From contig CAVZRV010000029.1 of assembly GCA_963777605.1 (NCBI GenBank), forward strand, positions 96,001 through 160,000: DNA of 64,000 nt, read 5' to 3'. A program made the position numbers and the translations under genes. This document shows, piece by piece, positions 10,032 to 19,438 of this stretch; position 1 is the stretch's first letter, and each line of letters starts with the position of its first letter. The notes below the pieces were generated by a model that saw only the letters and a list, made by a program, of their open reading frames with translations, was not told the DNA's origin and ran no database searches. This DNA is from an uncultured Acidobacteriota bacterium (lineage in GTDB: Bacteria; Acidobacteriota; UBA6911; RPQK01; JAPXNP01).

Positions 10032-12389
10032 ATGGCAGACAGAAACAAGAGTAAGTCCCAGGCGAGAACCGATTTCGCTAAGCGATTCCTGGAACTCGGG
10101 AAGCTGGAAAGCGGCCTGCCGGCGGGTTTCACTCTGAAGAACGTACTGGTCGGCCTGGTGATTGCCCTCCTCACGACCGCAATCCTTGTCGAGTATGAGT
10201 ATCAGAACATCCCCAACTATGCCCCGGGCGACATCGCCGATCGAACCATCAGGGCACCGCGCGACTTCACCGTAGTCGATGAGAAGGCTACCCAGGATAA
10301 GCGGGAAACCGTTCTGCGAACGGTCCCGGCAGTCTTCACCTTCGATTTTCGGGTAAACCAGCGGGTCAATTCCGAGATTCGGATGGGGTTTGAGGACGGG
10401 AGGCAGTTGATCGCGTCGGCGGCCGAACGGCTCAAGCTCGATCCCGAGGGCCCGCTTCCCCTTCAAGCCGTGAACGAGTTGAAAAAGGAGGCCGAAACGA
10501 TCCTCCCGCAGTTCGCCCACGGGAAGACTCTGGAGATACTTCTCAAGTATCGATTTTCCAAGCAGTTGGAAGATCAGCTGATCCAGCTGCTCGCGCACTC
10601 GATGCGGCCTCCGGGCGTCATCCTGAACCGGACGATTCTGTTGAGGTACCGCGACCGAGGCATTGTCCTTTTCAACCTGGTCACGAGCGAGAAGGAGGAG
10701 CTTGACGACTGGTTGGCCATTCGGGACCTTTCCCAGGCCCGGGACCTGTTGCGGCAGCAGGAGTACGAGTTGACCCTGGTAAGTGCCGACGAGAAGAAGG
10801 AACTGATCTCGTTCCTGGAACGTTGGGTTGTCCGGAACACCTACTTTGACGAGGACGCAACCCGGGAGGAGGAACGAAAAGCACTCGCCCGGATCGACCC
10901 GGTCCTGATCCAGGTGAAGGCGGGGAAGACGATCATCCGGGCCGGCGACGAAGTCACCGAACAGGCGATCGGTCAACTCGATGCCTTGCGCAATCTGAGG
11001 CTGCGCGAACGTTGGGTGGAGCGGATCGTCGGAGTTTTCCTGATTGCGGTCTTTCTCTACTTCGTGCTCTGGTCATACCTGCAGTTGCACATTGTGAAGG
11101 AGAAGAACCCGAGGGACTTCTTTCTGCTGGTCCTGGTCATGATGGGGAGTCTCCTCGTCAACCGCTTCTTCCTGGGACTGGGGGAGACTATTGCCCAGAG
11201 CCTCCGGGTGATGGAACTCCAGGAGCCGATTCACTTCTACTACTTTGCTCCCCTGGCTCTGGGGTCGGTCACGATTCTGCTCCTGGTGGGGGTCAACCTG
11301 AGCATCCTGTTCACGGTTGTCCAAGCGATTTTCATCGCGCTGCTCACCGGGGAGTTGCCGATTGCGGTGTATACACTGACCGCCGGGCTGACCGCGGTAT
11401 ATGTCCTGCGGCAGTATCGGGACCGGTCCGCCCTGATCCGTGCCGGGTTCTGGATCGGCGGGGTAAACCTGGTCGTGGCCTTTGCGTTTCAGCTCTGGTC
11501 GGTTACAGAGGCTTTCGAGCCTACGGTATTCCTCATCCGAAGCGCGGGTGCGATCGTGAGCGGGCTGCTCTCGGTGGTCATTCCGACTATTTTCCTGCCG
11601 ACACTGGAATCGCTGTTTGGTCTGACAACCGACATCCGCCTCCTGGAGCTCTCCAACCTGAACCGCCCCGTTCTGCGGCGGTTGGCCCTCGAGGCGCCCG
11701 GTACCTACCATCACAGCATTACCGTAGGGACGCTGGCAGAGGCCGGCGCGGAGGCGATCGATGCCAACGCCCTGCTGATTCGGGTCGGTGCCTATTATCA
11801 CGACATCGGGAAGCTGAAGCATCCCGAGTATTACGTCGAAAACCAGGTTTACACGGTCAATAAACACGAGTCCCTTTCCCCGAACATGTCAAGCCTGATT
11901 CTGGCCAGCCACGTCAAGGACGGGCTGGCGTTGGCGGCCGAGATCAAGTTGGGCCCGAAAGTCGCGGCGCTGGTTCCCCAGCATCACGGAACACGGGTGA
12001 TGACCTACTTCTACAACAAGGCGAAGGAGGCCGGGGCCGAGAAGGGAATCGAGGTCAGCGAGAATGATTTCCGGTATCCCGGCCCGAAACCGCAGAGCAA
12101 GGAAGCGGCAATCCTGATGCTCGCCGACCAGGTCGAAGCCGCCGCGCGGACATTGCAGGAGCCCACTCCGGGACAGATTCGAAGCCTGATCAACCGGATC
12201 ACCCAGGCAACGATCCAGGACGGGCAGTTGGACGAATGTGACATCACGATGCAGGATCTGACGAAGGTATCACGCGCGTTCGAGCGCGTTCTCACCGGGA
12301 TCCATCATCACCGGATCGAATATCCGGGTTACAGTTTCAGTAAAGAGGACGTTGAAAACCGCCAGCCCGAACCCCAGCGTGTTCAATAG
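10032..12389 (+). CDS. 7TM-HD phosphohydrolase (PgpH/YqfF family, putative c-di-AMP phosphodiesterase)
   Basis: Large extracytoplasmic domain, 7 TM helices, EAPGTYHHS, YYHDIGK, QHHGT, FRYPGPKP, MLAD; upstream of ybeY. Confidence 0.88.
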   Translation: MADRNKSKSQARTDFAKRFLELGKLESGLPAGFTLKNVLVGLVIALLTTAILVEYEYQNIPNYAPGDIADRTIRAPRDFTVVDEKATQDKRETVLRTVPAVFTFDFRVNQRVNSEIRMGFEDGRQLIASAAERLKLDPEGPLPLQAVNELKKEAETILPQFAHGKTLEILLKYRFSKQLEDQLIQLLAHSMRPPGVILNRTILLRYRDRGIVLFNLVTSEKEELDDWLAIRDLSQARDLLRQQEYELTLVSADEKKELISFLERWVVRNTYFDEDATREEERKALARIDPVLIQVKAGKTIIRAGDEVTEQAIGQLDALRNLRLRERWVERIVGVFLIAVFLYFVLWSYLQLHIVKEKNPRDFFLLVLVMMGSLLVNRFFLGLGETIAQSLRVMELQEPIHFYYFAPLALGSVTILLLVGVNLSILFTVVQAIFIALLTGELPIAVYTLTAGLTAVYVLRQYRDRSALIRAGFWIGGVNLVVAFAFQLWSVTEAFEPTVFLIRSAGAIVSGLLSVVIPTIFLPTLESLFGLTTDIRLLELSNLNRPVLRRLALEAPGTYHHSITVGTLAEAGAEAIDANALLIRVGAYYHDIGKLKHPEYYVENQVYTVNKHESLSPNMSSLILASHVKDGLALAAEIKLGPKVAALVPQHHGTRVMTYFYNKAKEAGAEKGIEVSENDFRYPGPKPQSKEAAILMLADQVEAAARTLQEPTPGQIRSLINRITQATIQDGQLDECDITMQDLTKVSRAFERVLTGIHHHRIEYPGYSFSKEDVENRQPEPQRVQ

Positions 12390-12786
12390 GCAGCGCAAGC
12401 GGCCTGTAAGTATCCCGGACCTGCGAAATTTCCTGACCCGGCTCTCCGGCCACCTGAATCTCGAGGACGGTTTCTCGGTCGTGCTCGTCAGCGATGTGGC
12501 CATGAAACGGCTCAACCGGCGATTTGCTCGCAAAGACTATCCAACCGACGTGCTGTCCTTTCCGACTTCGGATGAAGATCGTCGAATCGAGTGCTACCTT
12601 GGTGACATCTTTATCTCCGTGGAGACAGCCGACAGACAGAAATGTGGCCAACTTGGGGAAGAAATCCAGATTCTCGCTGTCCACGGGCTGCTCCACCTGC
12701 TAGGCTTCGACCATGAGGTTGACAACGGGGAGATGGTGGACTTCGAGACGCGTGTGAAGCGGGAGTTAGGGCTCCGAAGACAATGA
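12379..12786 (+). CDS. ybeY: rRNA maturation endoribonuclease YbeY
   Basis: LNRRF-RKDYPTDVLSF, LGDIFIS, HGLLHLLGFDH; start uncertain (12352 or 12379). Confidence 0.93.
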   Translation: MFNRQRKRPVSIPDLRNFLTRLSGHLNLEDGFSVVLVSDVAMKRLNRRFARKDYPTDVLSFPTSDEDRRIECYLGDIFISVETADRQKCGQLGEEIQILAVHGLLHLLGFDHEVDNGEMVDFETRVKRELGLRRQ

Positions 12787-14066
12787 GCTACGCGCCGTTC
12801 CTGCCTGCCTTCCTTCTGATTCTCTTTTTGGGGCTTCTGTCGGTCGTGGAAAGTGCCGTCAACCAGCTTTCCCGATTGGCTCTCAAGGTACTTGCCGAGA
12901 AGAATCCGTCTTCCAGGTATGACTTGCTGCACAAGATGGCGGAGGATCGTCGAGGTTTCCTCCTGCCGATCCAGTTTGCGAATCAGTTGATCCTGGTTCT
13001 TCTGACCGTGCTTGCGACCGAATTGCTGCTCAGCGGCGGGATCTCCTATCCCATGTTGTCGGCCGTCTGCGTGATGGGCATCGTCGTGGCGAGTGTCCGG
13101 CAGTTGCTGCCCTACCTTCTCACCCACAACAAGGGGGAACAGGTCCTGTTGAGGCTCGTTCCGTACTTCAGGTTTTTCTACGCGGTACTGAGCGGGACGG
13201 CATGGCCGATCCTGGCCAGTTTTCGCTGGATTCGGGCGGATGCCCTCAGCCGCACCGGTCCGGTTGAAGAGGATGAGGCCACGGACGAAGAGATTCAGGC
13301 TTATCTCGGGGTTGGGGAAGAAGAAGGGATCTTCGAGAGCGAGGAGAGTGAACTGATCCAGTCGGCCCTCGAGTTCGGGAACACCCTCGTCCGCGAGATC
13401 ATGACGCCGAGAAGCGAGATCACCGCGATCGAGGAAAGAGCGTCCCTGAACGAATTGAGGGAACTGGTGGTCAGTTCCAAACACTCCCGCATTCCGGTCT
13501 ACCGCGAGCGACTGGATCACATCGTCGGGATGGTTTACGTCCGCAACCTGCTGGCTTACCTGAACGGTGGTGACGACAAGAAACCGATCTCGCCGATCGT
13601 AAACGAAGTCCTGATCGTCCCTGAAACCAAGAGAGTGTACGACCTGATGAAGGAAATGCAGGCCAAGGCCGAGCAACTGGCCGTCGTGGTCAACGAGTAC
13701 GGAACAGTTTCGGGTCTCGTCACGATCGAGGACCTGATCGAGGAGATCGTGGGAGACATTCGGGATGAGGACGAGTTCCACCGGATTGATCTGGTATACG
13801 AGGGAGACGGGAACTACATCGTCCGGGGTGGGGTTGAAATCGGGGCGCTGGAAGAGGCTCTCGACGTGCGTTTTGGAGAGCACGAGGCGGCCACCGTATC
13901 GGGTTTGGTGGTTGACCACCTGGGTGCGGTCCCGGTTCAGGGAGAGGCCGTCCAGATCGAGCCGGTGGAAATCCAGGTCCTCAGCGCGGATCGGAAGCGA
14001 ATCCACACGATGAGAGTCCGCCGACTCGATTACTCGCCTCCCGACCATCCCGAGCCTCCCCTCTAA
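12783..14066 (+). CDS. Hemolysin/CorC family protein (DUF21-CBS-CorC)
   Basis: N-terminal TM segments, VREIMTPR, HSRIPVY, NEYGTVSGLVTIEDLIEEIVGDIRDE. Confidence 0.9.
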   Translation: MSYAPFLPAFLLILFLGLLSVVESAVNQLSRLALKVLAEKNPSSRYDLLHKMAEDRRGFLLPIQFANQLILVLLTVLATELLLSGGISYPMLSAVCVMGIVVASVRQLLPYLLTHNKGEQVLLRLVPYFRFFYAVLSGTAWPILASFRWIRADALSRTGPVEEDEATDEEIQAYLGVGEEEGIFESEESELIQSALEFGNTLVREIMTPRSEITAIEERASLNELRELVVSSKHSRIPVYRERLDHIVGMVYVRNLLAYLNGGDDKKPISPIVNEVLIVPETKRVYDLMKEMQAKAEQLAVVVNEYGTVSGLVTIEDLIEEIVGDIRDEDEFHRIDLVYEGDGNYIVRGGVEIGALEEALDVRFGEHEAATVSGLVVDHLGAVPVQGEAVQIEPVEIQVLSADRKRIHTMRVRRLDYSPPDHPEPPL

Positions 14067-14091
14067 ATGGAGAACACCGGGGTTGATCACC

Positions 14092-15186
14092 ATGGAAGAA
14101 CCTGTCGAGCGGGACCATCGGGAATGGATGAGGCGCGCATTGCGGCTCGCCGCCCGCGGGGAAGGGCTGGCAAGTCCCAACCCCCTGGTCGGATCGGTGG
14201 TGGTCCGGGACGGTTCGATCGTTGGAGAAGACTACCACGTCTACGCAAAGCGCGATCATGCCGAAGTGCTGGCCTTGCGGCAGGCAGGGGACCGCAGCCG
14301 GGGAGCCGATCTCTATGTCAATCTCGAGCCCTGCGCGCACGTGGGCAGGACTCCTCCCTGTGCGGTGGCCGTCGCGGAATCCGGGATCAAGCGGGTTTTC
14401 GTTGCGGTGGAAGATCCGAATCCGCTGGTTGCCGGGCAGGGCATCGAGTACCTTCGGAGAAGCGGAGTTGAAGTCGAGGTTGGTCTCTGCCGGGAAGCTG
14501 CCCTGCGGCTGAACGAGGTGTTTTTCCGCTACATCCGGACCGGTCTTCCGTTCGTCACCTTGAAGCTTGCGATGACTCTGGACGGCAAGATCGCGGCCTC
14601 TGGCGGGGAGTCCAAGTGGATCACGGGACCCCGGTCGAGGCGGCGCGTGCAGAAAATGCGGTTCGCATCGGATGCCATCCTGGTGGGTATTGAGACGGTG
14701 CTCGCTGACGACCCATCGCTGGATGTCAGGTGGAAAAGCGGCAAGCGGATCACCAAGGTGATTCTGGACAGCCGGTTGAGGTGTCCGGACCAGGCCCGCC
14801 TTTTCGATTCGTCCGACCCGGTCATGATCTTCCATGGTTCGTCTGCGTCGGACCGGGATCGGCGTCGCCTGCACCCGCGGGCTGCGCTGGTCGAGGTCAC
14901 TGCCGGGCCGGCCGGTCTCGACTGGGACGCAATCCTGGCCGAGTTGGGCCGTCACTCGATCGCCGGCCTCCTGGTCGAGGGGGGAGGCCGGATTGCAGCC
15001 TCGCTGCTGGCGGAAGGCCATGTTAACCGGCTCAACCTGTTCTATGCGCCCAAGATCTTGGGGGCTGAAGGGATCGATGGAATTGGCCCTCTCGGCGATC
15101 GGAGCCTGGCAGAAGCAATCGCTCTCAGCGATGTCTCGCTCCGCCGCCTCGGCCCCGATTTCCTCCTCGACGCCCGCCTCCACTAA
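14092..15186 (+). CDS. ribD: Bifunctional riboflavin deaminase/reductase
   Basis: PNPLVG, HAE, NLEPCAHVGRTPPC, KLAMTLDGKIA, LVEGGG. Confidence 0.95.
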   Translation: MEEPVERDHREWMRRALRLAARGEGLASPNPLVGSVVVRDGSIVGEDYHVYAKRDHAEVLALRQAGDRSRGADLYVNLEPCAHVGRTPPCAVAVAESGIKRVFVAVEDPNPLVAGQGIEYLRRSGVEVEVGLCREAALRLNEVFFRYIRTGLPFVTLKLAMTLDGKIAASGGESKWITGPRSRRRVQKMRFASDAILVGIETVLADDPSLDVRWKSGKRITKVILDSRLRCPDQARLFDSSDPVMIFHGSSASDRDRRRLHPRAALVEVTAGPAGLDWDAILAELGRHSIAGLLVEGGGRIAASLLAEGHVNRLNLFYAPKILGAEGIDGIGPLGDRSLAEAIALSDVSLRRLGPDFLLDARLH

Positions 15187-15223
15187 CATTTGTGACCTGT
15201 GATTTTTGATTTGTGATTGGTTC
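15185..15223. repeat. Heptad (TTTGTGA/TTTTTGA) short tandem repeat, also present at 54296
   Basis: AACATTTGTGA-cc-TGTGATTTTTGATTTGTGATTGGTTC matches 54296-54327. Confidence 0.8.
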
Positions 15224-15248
15224 TGATGGCCGCGCCGCCCTTCGGCCT

Positions 15249-15643
15249 TGAGACTATCTCCTTGGATGAGTTGAAAAACCTGGACGAATTGGATGCGTCT
15301 GGACGGAGATTGAGGCGATCGGTGGAGAGCCAGGGACGCGATTATCGGCTGGATTTCTGGTTCCTGGTCCGGTGCCAGACGTGGATGAGTGATGATCACA
15401 GGATCGGCGCCGGGCGGGCCCCTGAAGGGGGCCTGTTTCCAGCCCAGGCATTTGCCTGGGTTACGGTCCACCCATCAAGAATCCAGCCCTGAAAGGGCTG
15501 AACACCTCGTCGGACGAGGTGAATCGGGCGCGACCTTACAGGCCGCGATCGAAGTGCCGGGACCACAGACCCAGGGTAAATCCTGGGCTGAAACCAAGGA
15601 CGCTCAGCGCCACGTCCAGTTTCACTCTTTGAATGGTCCGGCG
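15249..15643. repeat. Solo copy of the ~390 bp non-coding REP-bearing element (MITE/REPIN-like)
   Basis: Near-identical to 25877-26270; bounded by TGAGACT...AGTTTCA; internal palindromes GCCCCTGAAGGGGGC, CCCAGGCATTTGCCTGGG, GCCCTGAAAGGGC, CCCAGGGTAAATCCTGGG. Confidence 0.9.
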
Positions 15644-15699
15644 AACGTGCTTTCGGGAATGGTTCCGGATCCGATGTAGTCCGGCACCTGGTCTTCAAT

Positions 15700-17100
15700 C
15701 TATTGGGCGATTTCGGGAGTAATCTCGCGCCATGCGATCTGCTTGAACGGGAGCAGGCTGAGAGCCATCATGATGCTCTTGCCCCGGAAGTAAAAGTCGG
15801 TGTTTCCGCTGAGGGTGAAGCTGGGTGTTCCGAAGACCGGGTTCCCATTGGCATCCTCTTCCAGTTTGGAGATGTAGATGCCCCCGATGATGCCCTTGTT
15901 GGCGCCACCGGTATCGACCTCACCCTCACCGACGACCATGATCAGGCCGTTGTAGTTGAAGCCGCCGTTGTAGTCGAGCTTTCCCCTCACAATCAGGAGG
16001 CCGCAGCCTTCTCCGCTGCCTGCGATCTTGAGATCCCCCTTCGCCACCACGATCTTCGGATCATCTTCCGTGCCAAGGTTTCCATCCACACTCGCATCGT
16101 CTTCGTAGACGACGTCGGCGGCTGCCGAGATCCGCTCGATGAGCGTCAACATGAAGTAAGGATTGAAAATGTTGGTGGCATCGTCGTTGCCCGAGTTGCG
16201 GACGTTTTCCGTGTCGTCCCGGAGGGCCGGTTCCCCACCGTAGGGACCATCGTCGGCTCCCGTGATGTTGTCTTTCTGGTTCTTCGACAGTGCATCGTAG
16301 ACTTCCTGCAAGGTGCCCGCTGCATCTCCTCCCGGGAGATCGTCGTTGATGACCGAGAGGCCGGCCTGTGCCGGATCGTTGCGGTGATTGTGGCCGCCAC
16401 GCAAAATTTCCTCGACAGACATGTTCGAGTGGTCGAAACCGTCAAGGTGAAAGGAGTTCCCGTCGAAGAGATTGTTGCTGGAAGGGAGAACATTGGGGCC
16501 GTAGACGGTGAAAGGAGAACTGACGTCCAGGCTCATGTCTCGCTCATAGAGAGCTTCGACCATCACAACCCCATTCTTCTGGATGCTTCCGTAGCGAACC
16601 ATTTCCTGGGGAGGCCCGGGGTGGATCCCGGCGACCCGGACGTAAAACTCGCCGTCGACGTCGGTCAGTAGATCGTTGTCACCGTCGTCGTTGTCGCTGA
16701 TTCTCGTAATGAAACGGCCATTTCCGACCGGAGTGCCATTGCCCGGAGTGATCAGTCCGGCAAGCGAGATCCTGCCAATCGAGCTCGGCAGATGGCGGTA
16801 GTCAATGCTCCGGGCTTCCAGCAGCGCCACCGGGTCGCGATAGAATGTTGGGCCGGGAGAAGCGTAGAGATCGACCGAGGTTGAGGCTGCAATGGCCTCA
16901 GTCAGATCGTTGCCACGGAGGATTCGCTGGGCGTCGGCCAGGCCGGCTTCCGCGATGAAGAGGGCGCGATCGTGGCCTTCGAACTCCTCGCTCATGGTGA
17001 AATCTCCCAGGCTTGTCATGGTAATGGCCAGCCCGAGGGCCATGAGAATGACGGAAATGATCAATGCCATGATCAGAGCGGAACCCTTCTGCCCGGACAT
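15700..17100 (-). CDS. PilX-like type IV pilus assembly protein with large C-terminal domain
   Basis: PilX N-terminus KGSALIMALIIS...ALFIAEAGL; last gene of the minor pilin operon. Confidence 0.75.
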   Translation of the reverse strand: MSGQKGSALIMALIISVILMALGLAITMTSLGDFTMSEEFEGHDRALFIAEAGLADAQRILRGNDLTEAIAASTSVDLYASPGPTFYRDPVALLEARSIDYRHLPSSIGRISLAGLITPGNGTPVGNGRFITRISDNDDGDNDLLTDVDGEFYVRVAGIHPGPPQEMVRYGSIQKNGVVMVEALYERDMSLDVSSPFTVYGPNVLPSSNNLFDGNSFHLDGFDHSNMSVEEILRGGHNHRNDPAQAGLSVINDDLPGGDAAGTLQEVYDALSKNQKDNITGADDGPYGGEPALRDDTENVRNSGNDDATNIFNPYFMLTLIERISAAADVVYEDDASVDGNLGTEDDPKIVVAKGDLKIAGSGEGCGLLIVRGKLDYNGGFNYNGLIMVVGEGEVDTGGANKGIIGGIYISKLEEDANGNPVFGTPSFTLSGNTDFYFRGKSIMMALSLLPFKQIAWREITPEIAQ

Positions 17101-17112
17101 ATCTTTTTCCTC

Positions 17113-17784
17113 CTAGTCGGGAATTACCTGCGGGGTTCGGCTACGGATGAAGACCTCGGACTGCAGAGTGAGCGTGTAGTTCCTTCCCATCTGGAGATCG
17201 GGGTCGGTGGACCGGCCGGTCATGGACACTTGAACCCGGGCGATCGCGGCCGGGTCGGCGGTCGGAGTGCCATTGAGATCAAGGCAGGTAAACGTCAGAT
17301 TCGAAACCCCCTGTGCCAGGGTTTCCTCTCCGAGGCCGATATCGGCCTGGAGTTGGTTCTGGGCCGAGTCGTAGCGAAATTCGACAATTTCGTAGAGGCT
17401 GCTCAGCGTTCCGTCGGGGTCACCGGTAGCGTTGAGTTCGTCTCCGCCGCCGCCGGGTACCGAACCGGTTATGTCGGTGGCAATGCGAATGTGTCCCGGA
17501 CCAAGAATGGTCACCGGAGGAACCCCGATACTCTCCGACGGGTCGTTTCCTGCCTGGCGGATACAGCGGGAAATCTGGTCCATGGCGATGCGCATCTGCT
17601 GGGTCAGTTCGGCCTGCTCTGTTTGAGCCCGAAAGGAGGTTCCGCTCTGGAAGAAGACCACCACCATGGGACCCATCAGGATGGTCATGACGGTCAGTGT
17701 GATCATCACCTCGAGCAGGGTGAAACCCCGCTGGGCGGTCGCTGGTGCAGGGGATTTCTGAGTGTCAGAGTGGGTGCTCTTCAT
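17113..17784 (-). CDS. PilW-like minor pilin
   Basis: Prepilin motif QRG/FTLLEVMI and IRQAG; ATG overlaps the stop of the upstream gene. Confidence 0.8.
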   Translation of the reverse strand: MKSTHSDTQKSPAPATAQRGFTLLEVMITLTVMTILMGPMVVVFFQSGTSFRAQTEQAELTQQMRIAMDQISRCIRQAGNDPSESIGVPPVTILGPGHIRIATDITGSVPGGGGDELNATGDPDGTLSSLYEIVEFRYDSAQNQLQADIGLGEETLAQGVSNLTFTCLDLNGTPTADPAAIARVQVSMTGRSTDPDLQMGRNYTLTLQSEVFIRSRTPQVIPD

Positions 17785-18221
17785 GGTGCGAAGTCCGTCG
17801 TAAGCGTCAGGGTCTCGTTTTGACGTGGATTCGCGGTCATCGGTGCGACCGAGATGGCCACCGACTTTCGGCCCGAAGCCAGGTCCGTGACTTGCCAACT
17901 GACCTGGAAGTTCATCTGTCCCTGCAAGGTGCCAGTGGGTGCCTGCAACATGATCGTTTCGGGCCCGTGAGTGCCCGGAGTCAGATCGGCGGCAACCTGG
18001 CCACTGCTGATCTGCCAACCGAAGAGGTTGCGTAGTTCTTCAACCTTTGCCTGGGCCAGGTTGATGGCCTTCGTGTCGTAGTTGGAGAACTGCGTCTTGT
18101 CGAGGGAGACGATCATCAACTGGGCCAGGGCCAAGAGGCTGATGGTCAAAATGAACAACGCGATAATGGCCTCGAGAAGCGAGAAACCACTGCTTGTCCG
18201 GGAGTCCTGTGTCTCACTCAT
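17781..18221 (-). CDS. PilV-like minor pilin
   Basis: SG/FSLLEAIIAL; AINLAQAKVEELR. Confidence 0.8.
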   Translation of the reverse strand: MSETQDSRTSSGFSLLEAIIALFILTISLLALAQLMIVSLDKTQFSNYDTKAINLAQAKVEELRNLFGWQISSGQVAADLTPGTHGPETIMLQAPTGTLQGQMNFQVSWQVTDLASGRKSVAISVAPMTANPRQNETLTLTTDFAP

Positions 18222-18679
18222 GCTGTGCCTGCGGCCTGAAAATCTTGTACTTCAATCATCCCCGAAGAACGAACCTGGACATCGATGCGCTGGCCGAACT
18301 CGTTGAATAGCGAAATTACGGCCGCGTCCGCGTTCCCCCGAGGAAAGAAACTGACACTGGCCGGCGTTCCGGGTCCAAATACCAAGTTCTGGTCAAGCGG
18401 TTTAGCCGTTCTGGGAGGATTTTCCGGATCTGCCGGATCCACGATCTGGAAATTGCGCTGTCCCGTGTTGATGCGGACTTCGAAGATCGCGTTCCGGGCC
18501 ACCGCAATCGTTCGGGCGAAGTTGAGTTCCGACGCCAGTTGAATAGCGGAACTTTGCAGCCTGCCCGCCCCGAGGCTCTCCTGCATGGCAGGAAGTGCGA
18601 AAGTCAGGATAATGCTCCCGACTGCCACCACGATGAGCAATTCGGTAATGGAAAATCCTCGACACGATTGGCGGTGCAT
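18218..18679 (-). CDS. FimT/GspH-like minor pilin
   Basis: RG/FSITELLIVV; LASELNFARTIAV; SFFPRG. Confidence 0.8.
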   Translation of the reverse strand: MHRQSCRGFSITELLIVVAVGSIILTFALPAMQESLGAGRLQSSAIQLASELNFARTIAVARNAIFEVRINTGQRNFQIVDPADPENPPRTAKPLDQNLVFGPGTPASVSFFPRGNADAAVISLFNEFGQRIDVQVRSSGMIEVQDFQAAGTA

Positions 18680-18688
18680 TGCGATGTC

Positions 18689-18731
18689 AGGCTAGCACCC
18701 GGGGTGTCGCGAGATGGTGAGTGCAATCACT
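18689..18731 (-). promoter_or_regulatory. Putative class II CRP-type promoter of the minor pilin operon
   Basis: AGTGA-TTGCAC-TCACC (18716-18731) centred about -41.5 relative to extended -10 TGcTAGCCT (hexamer 18689-18694). Confidence 0.55.
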
Positions 18732-18748
18732 AATCCGAAGCTGACTGC

Positions 18749-19438
18749 TTAATCGAAGAGTAGGTCCTCGATGAGCCGCTCCGGATCCTGCACAATGAAC
18801 CGTCGGGTCTCCACGCGGACCAGTCCCTGCTCCTGGAGATGACTCAGGACCCTGGTGGCCGTTTCTCTCGAAATGCCGACGATATCCGAGAGTTCCTTGT
18901 GGGTGAGCTTCATCGGGATCATGAAGCCGTCGTCGATCTCGATGCCCCGTTTCTTGACCAGGTGGTAAAAGGCCATCCGGATGCGGGCGTCGGCGTTGTG
19001 GAAAGTCAGTACTTCAATTTGAGCCCAGGCGTCGCGGCAGCGGTCACAGAGGGTTTTCATGATCACCCGGTTGGTCTTCGGATGGTCGAGAAGAAAATTG
19101 AACTCCCGGTATCCGATCACAAAGATCGTAGTCGGCAGGACCGCGGTCACGCTGGCCGGGGTAGTGCCGCCATCGATTAACGCCATCTCGCCGAAATACT
19201 CCCCGGACTCGTGGAATGCCAGGATCATTTCCTTGCCGTTGGGAAGCAACCTGGTGACTTTGACCCGTCCCTCCTTGACCAGGTACATGTATTGCCCCGT
19301 GTCCTCCTCCATGAAGATGATGTCGTTCTTGCGGTAGCGGCGCTCACGGAAGAGGTTGGCAACTGTATCGAGGTCCTCCTCAGAGAGATCGGCGAAAATC
19401 GGTATTCTCCGGAGGAAGTTCGAATCCGTCGAGGTCAT
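18749..19438 (-). CDS. Crp/Fnr family transcriptional regulator
   Basis: cNMP-binding fold (YFGEMALIDG) and HTH LTHKELSDIVGISRETATRVL. Confidence 0.92.
   Translation of the reverse strand: MTSTDSNFLRRIPIFADLSEEDLDTVANLFRERRYRKNDIIFMEEDTGQYMYLVKEGRVKVTRLLPNGKEMILAFHESGEYFGEMALIDGGTTPASVTAVLPTTIFVIGYREFNFLLDHPKTNRVIMKTLCDRCRDAWAQIEVLTFHNADARIRMAFYHLVKKRGIEIDDGFMIPMKLTHKELSDIVGISRETATRVLSHLQEQGLVRVETRRFIVQDPERLIEDLLFD

Noticed and set aside
8638-14180. Long antisense ORFs (e.g. 8638-9993, 9765-10976, 12594-14180; also 45460-46959 and 52516-54252)
   Set aside because: Shadow ORFs opposite well-supported genes, as expected at this GC content and codon bias
15217-15698. Short ORFs within the repeat element (also 25730-26532), including a shared DASGRR..RSV peptide
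   Set aside because: Reading frames are not preserved between copies, and the similarity is explained by the DNA repeat itself
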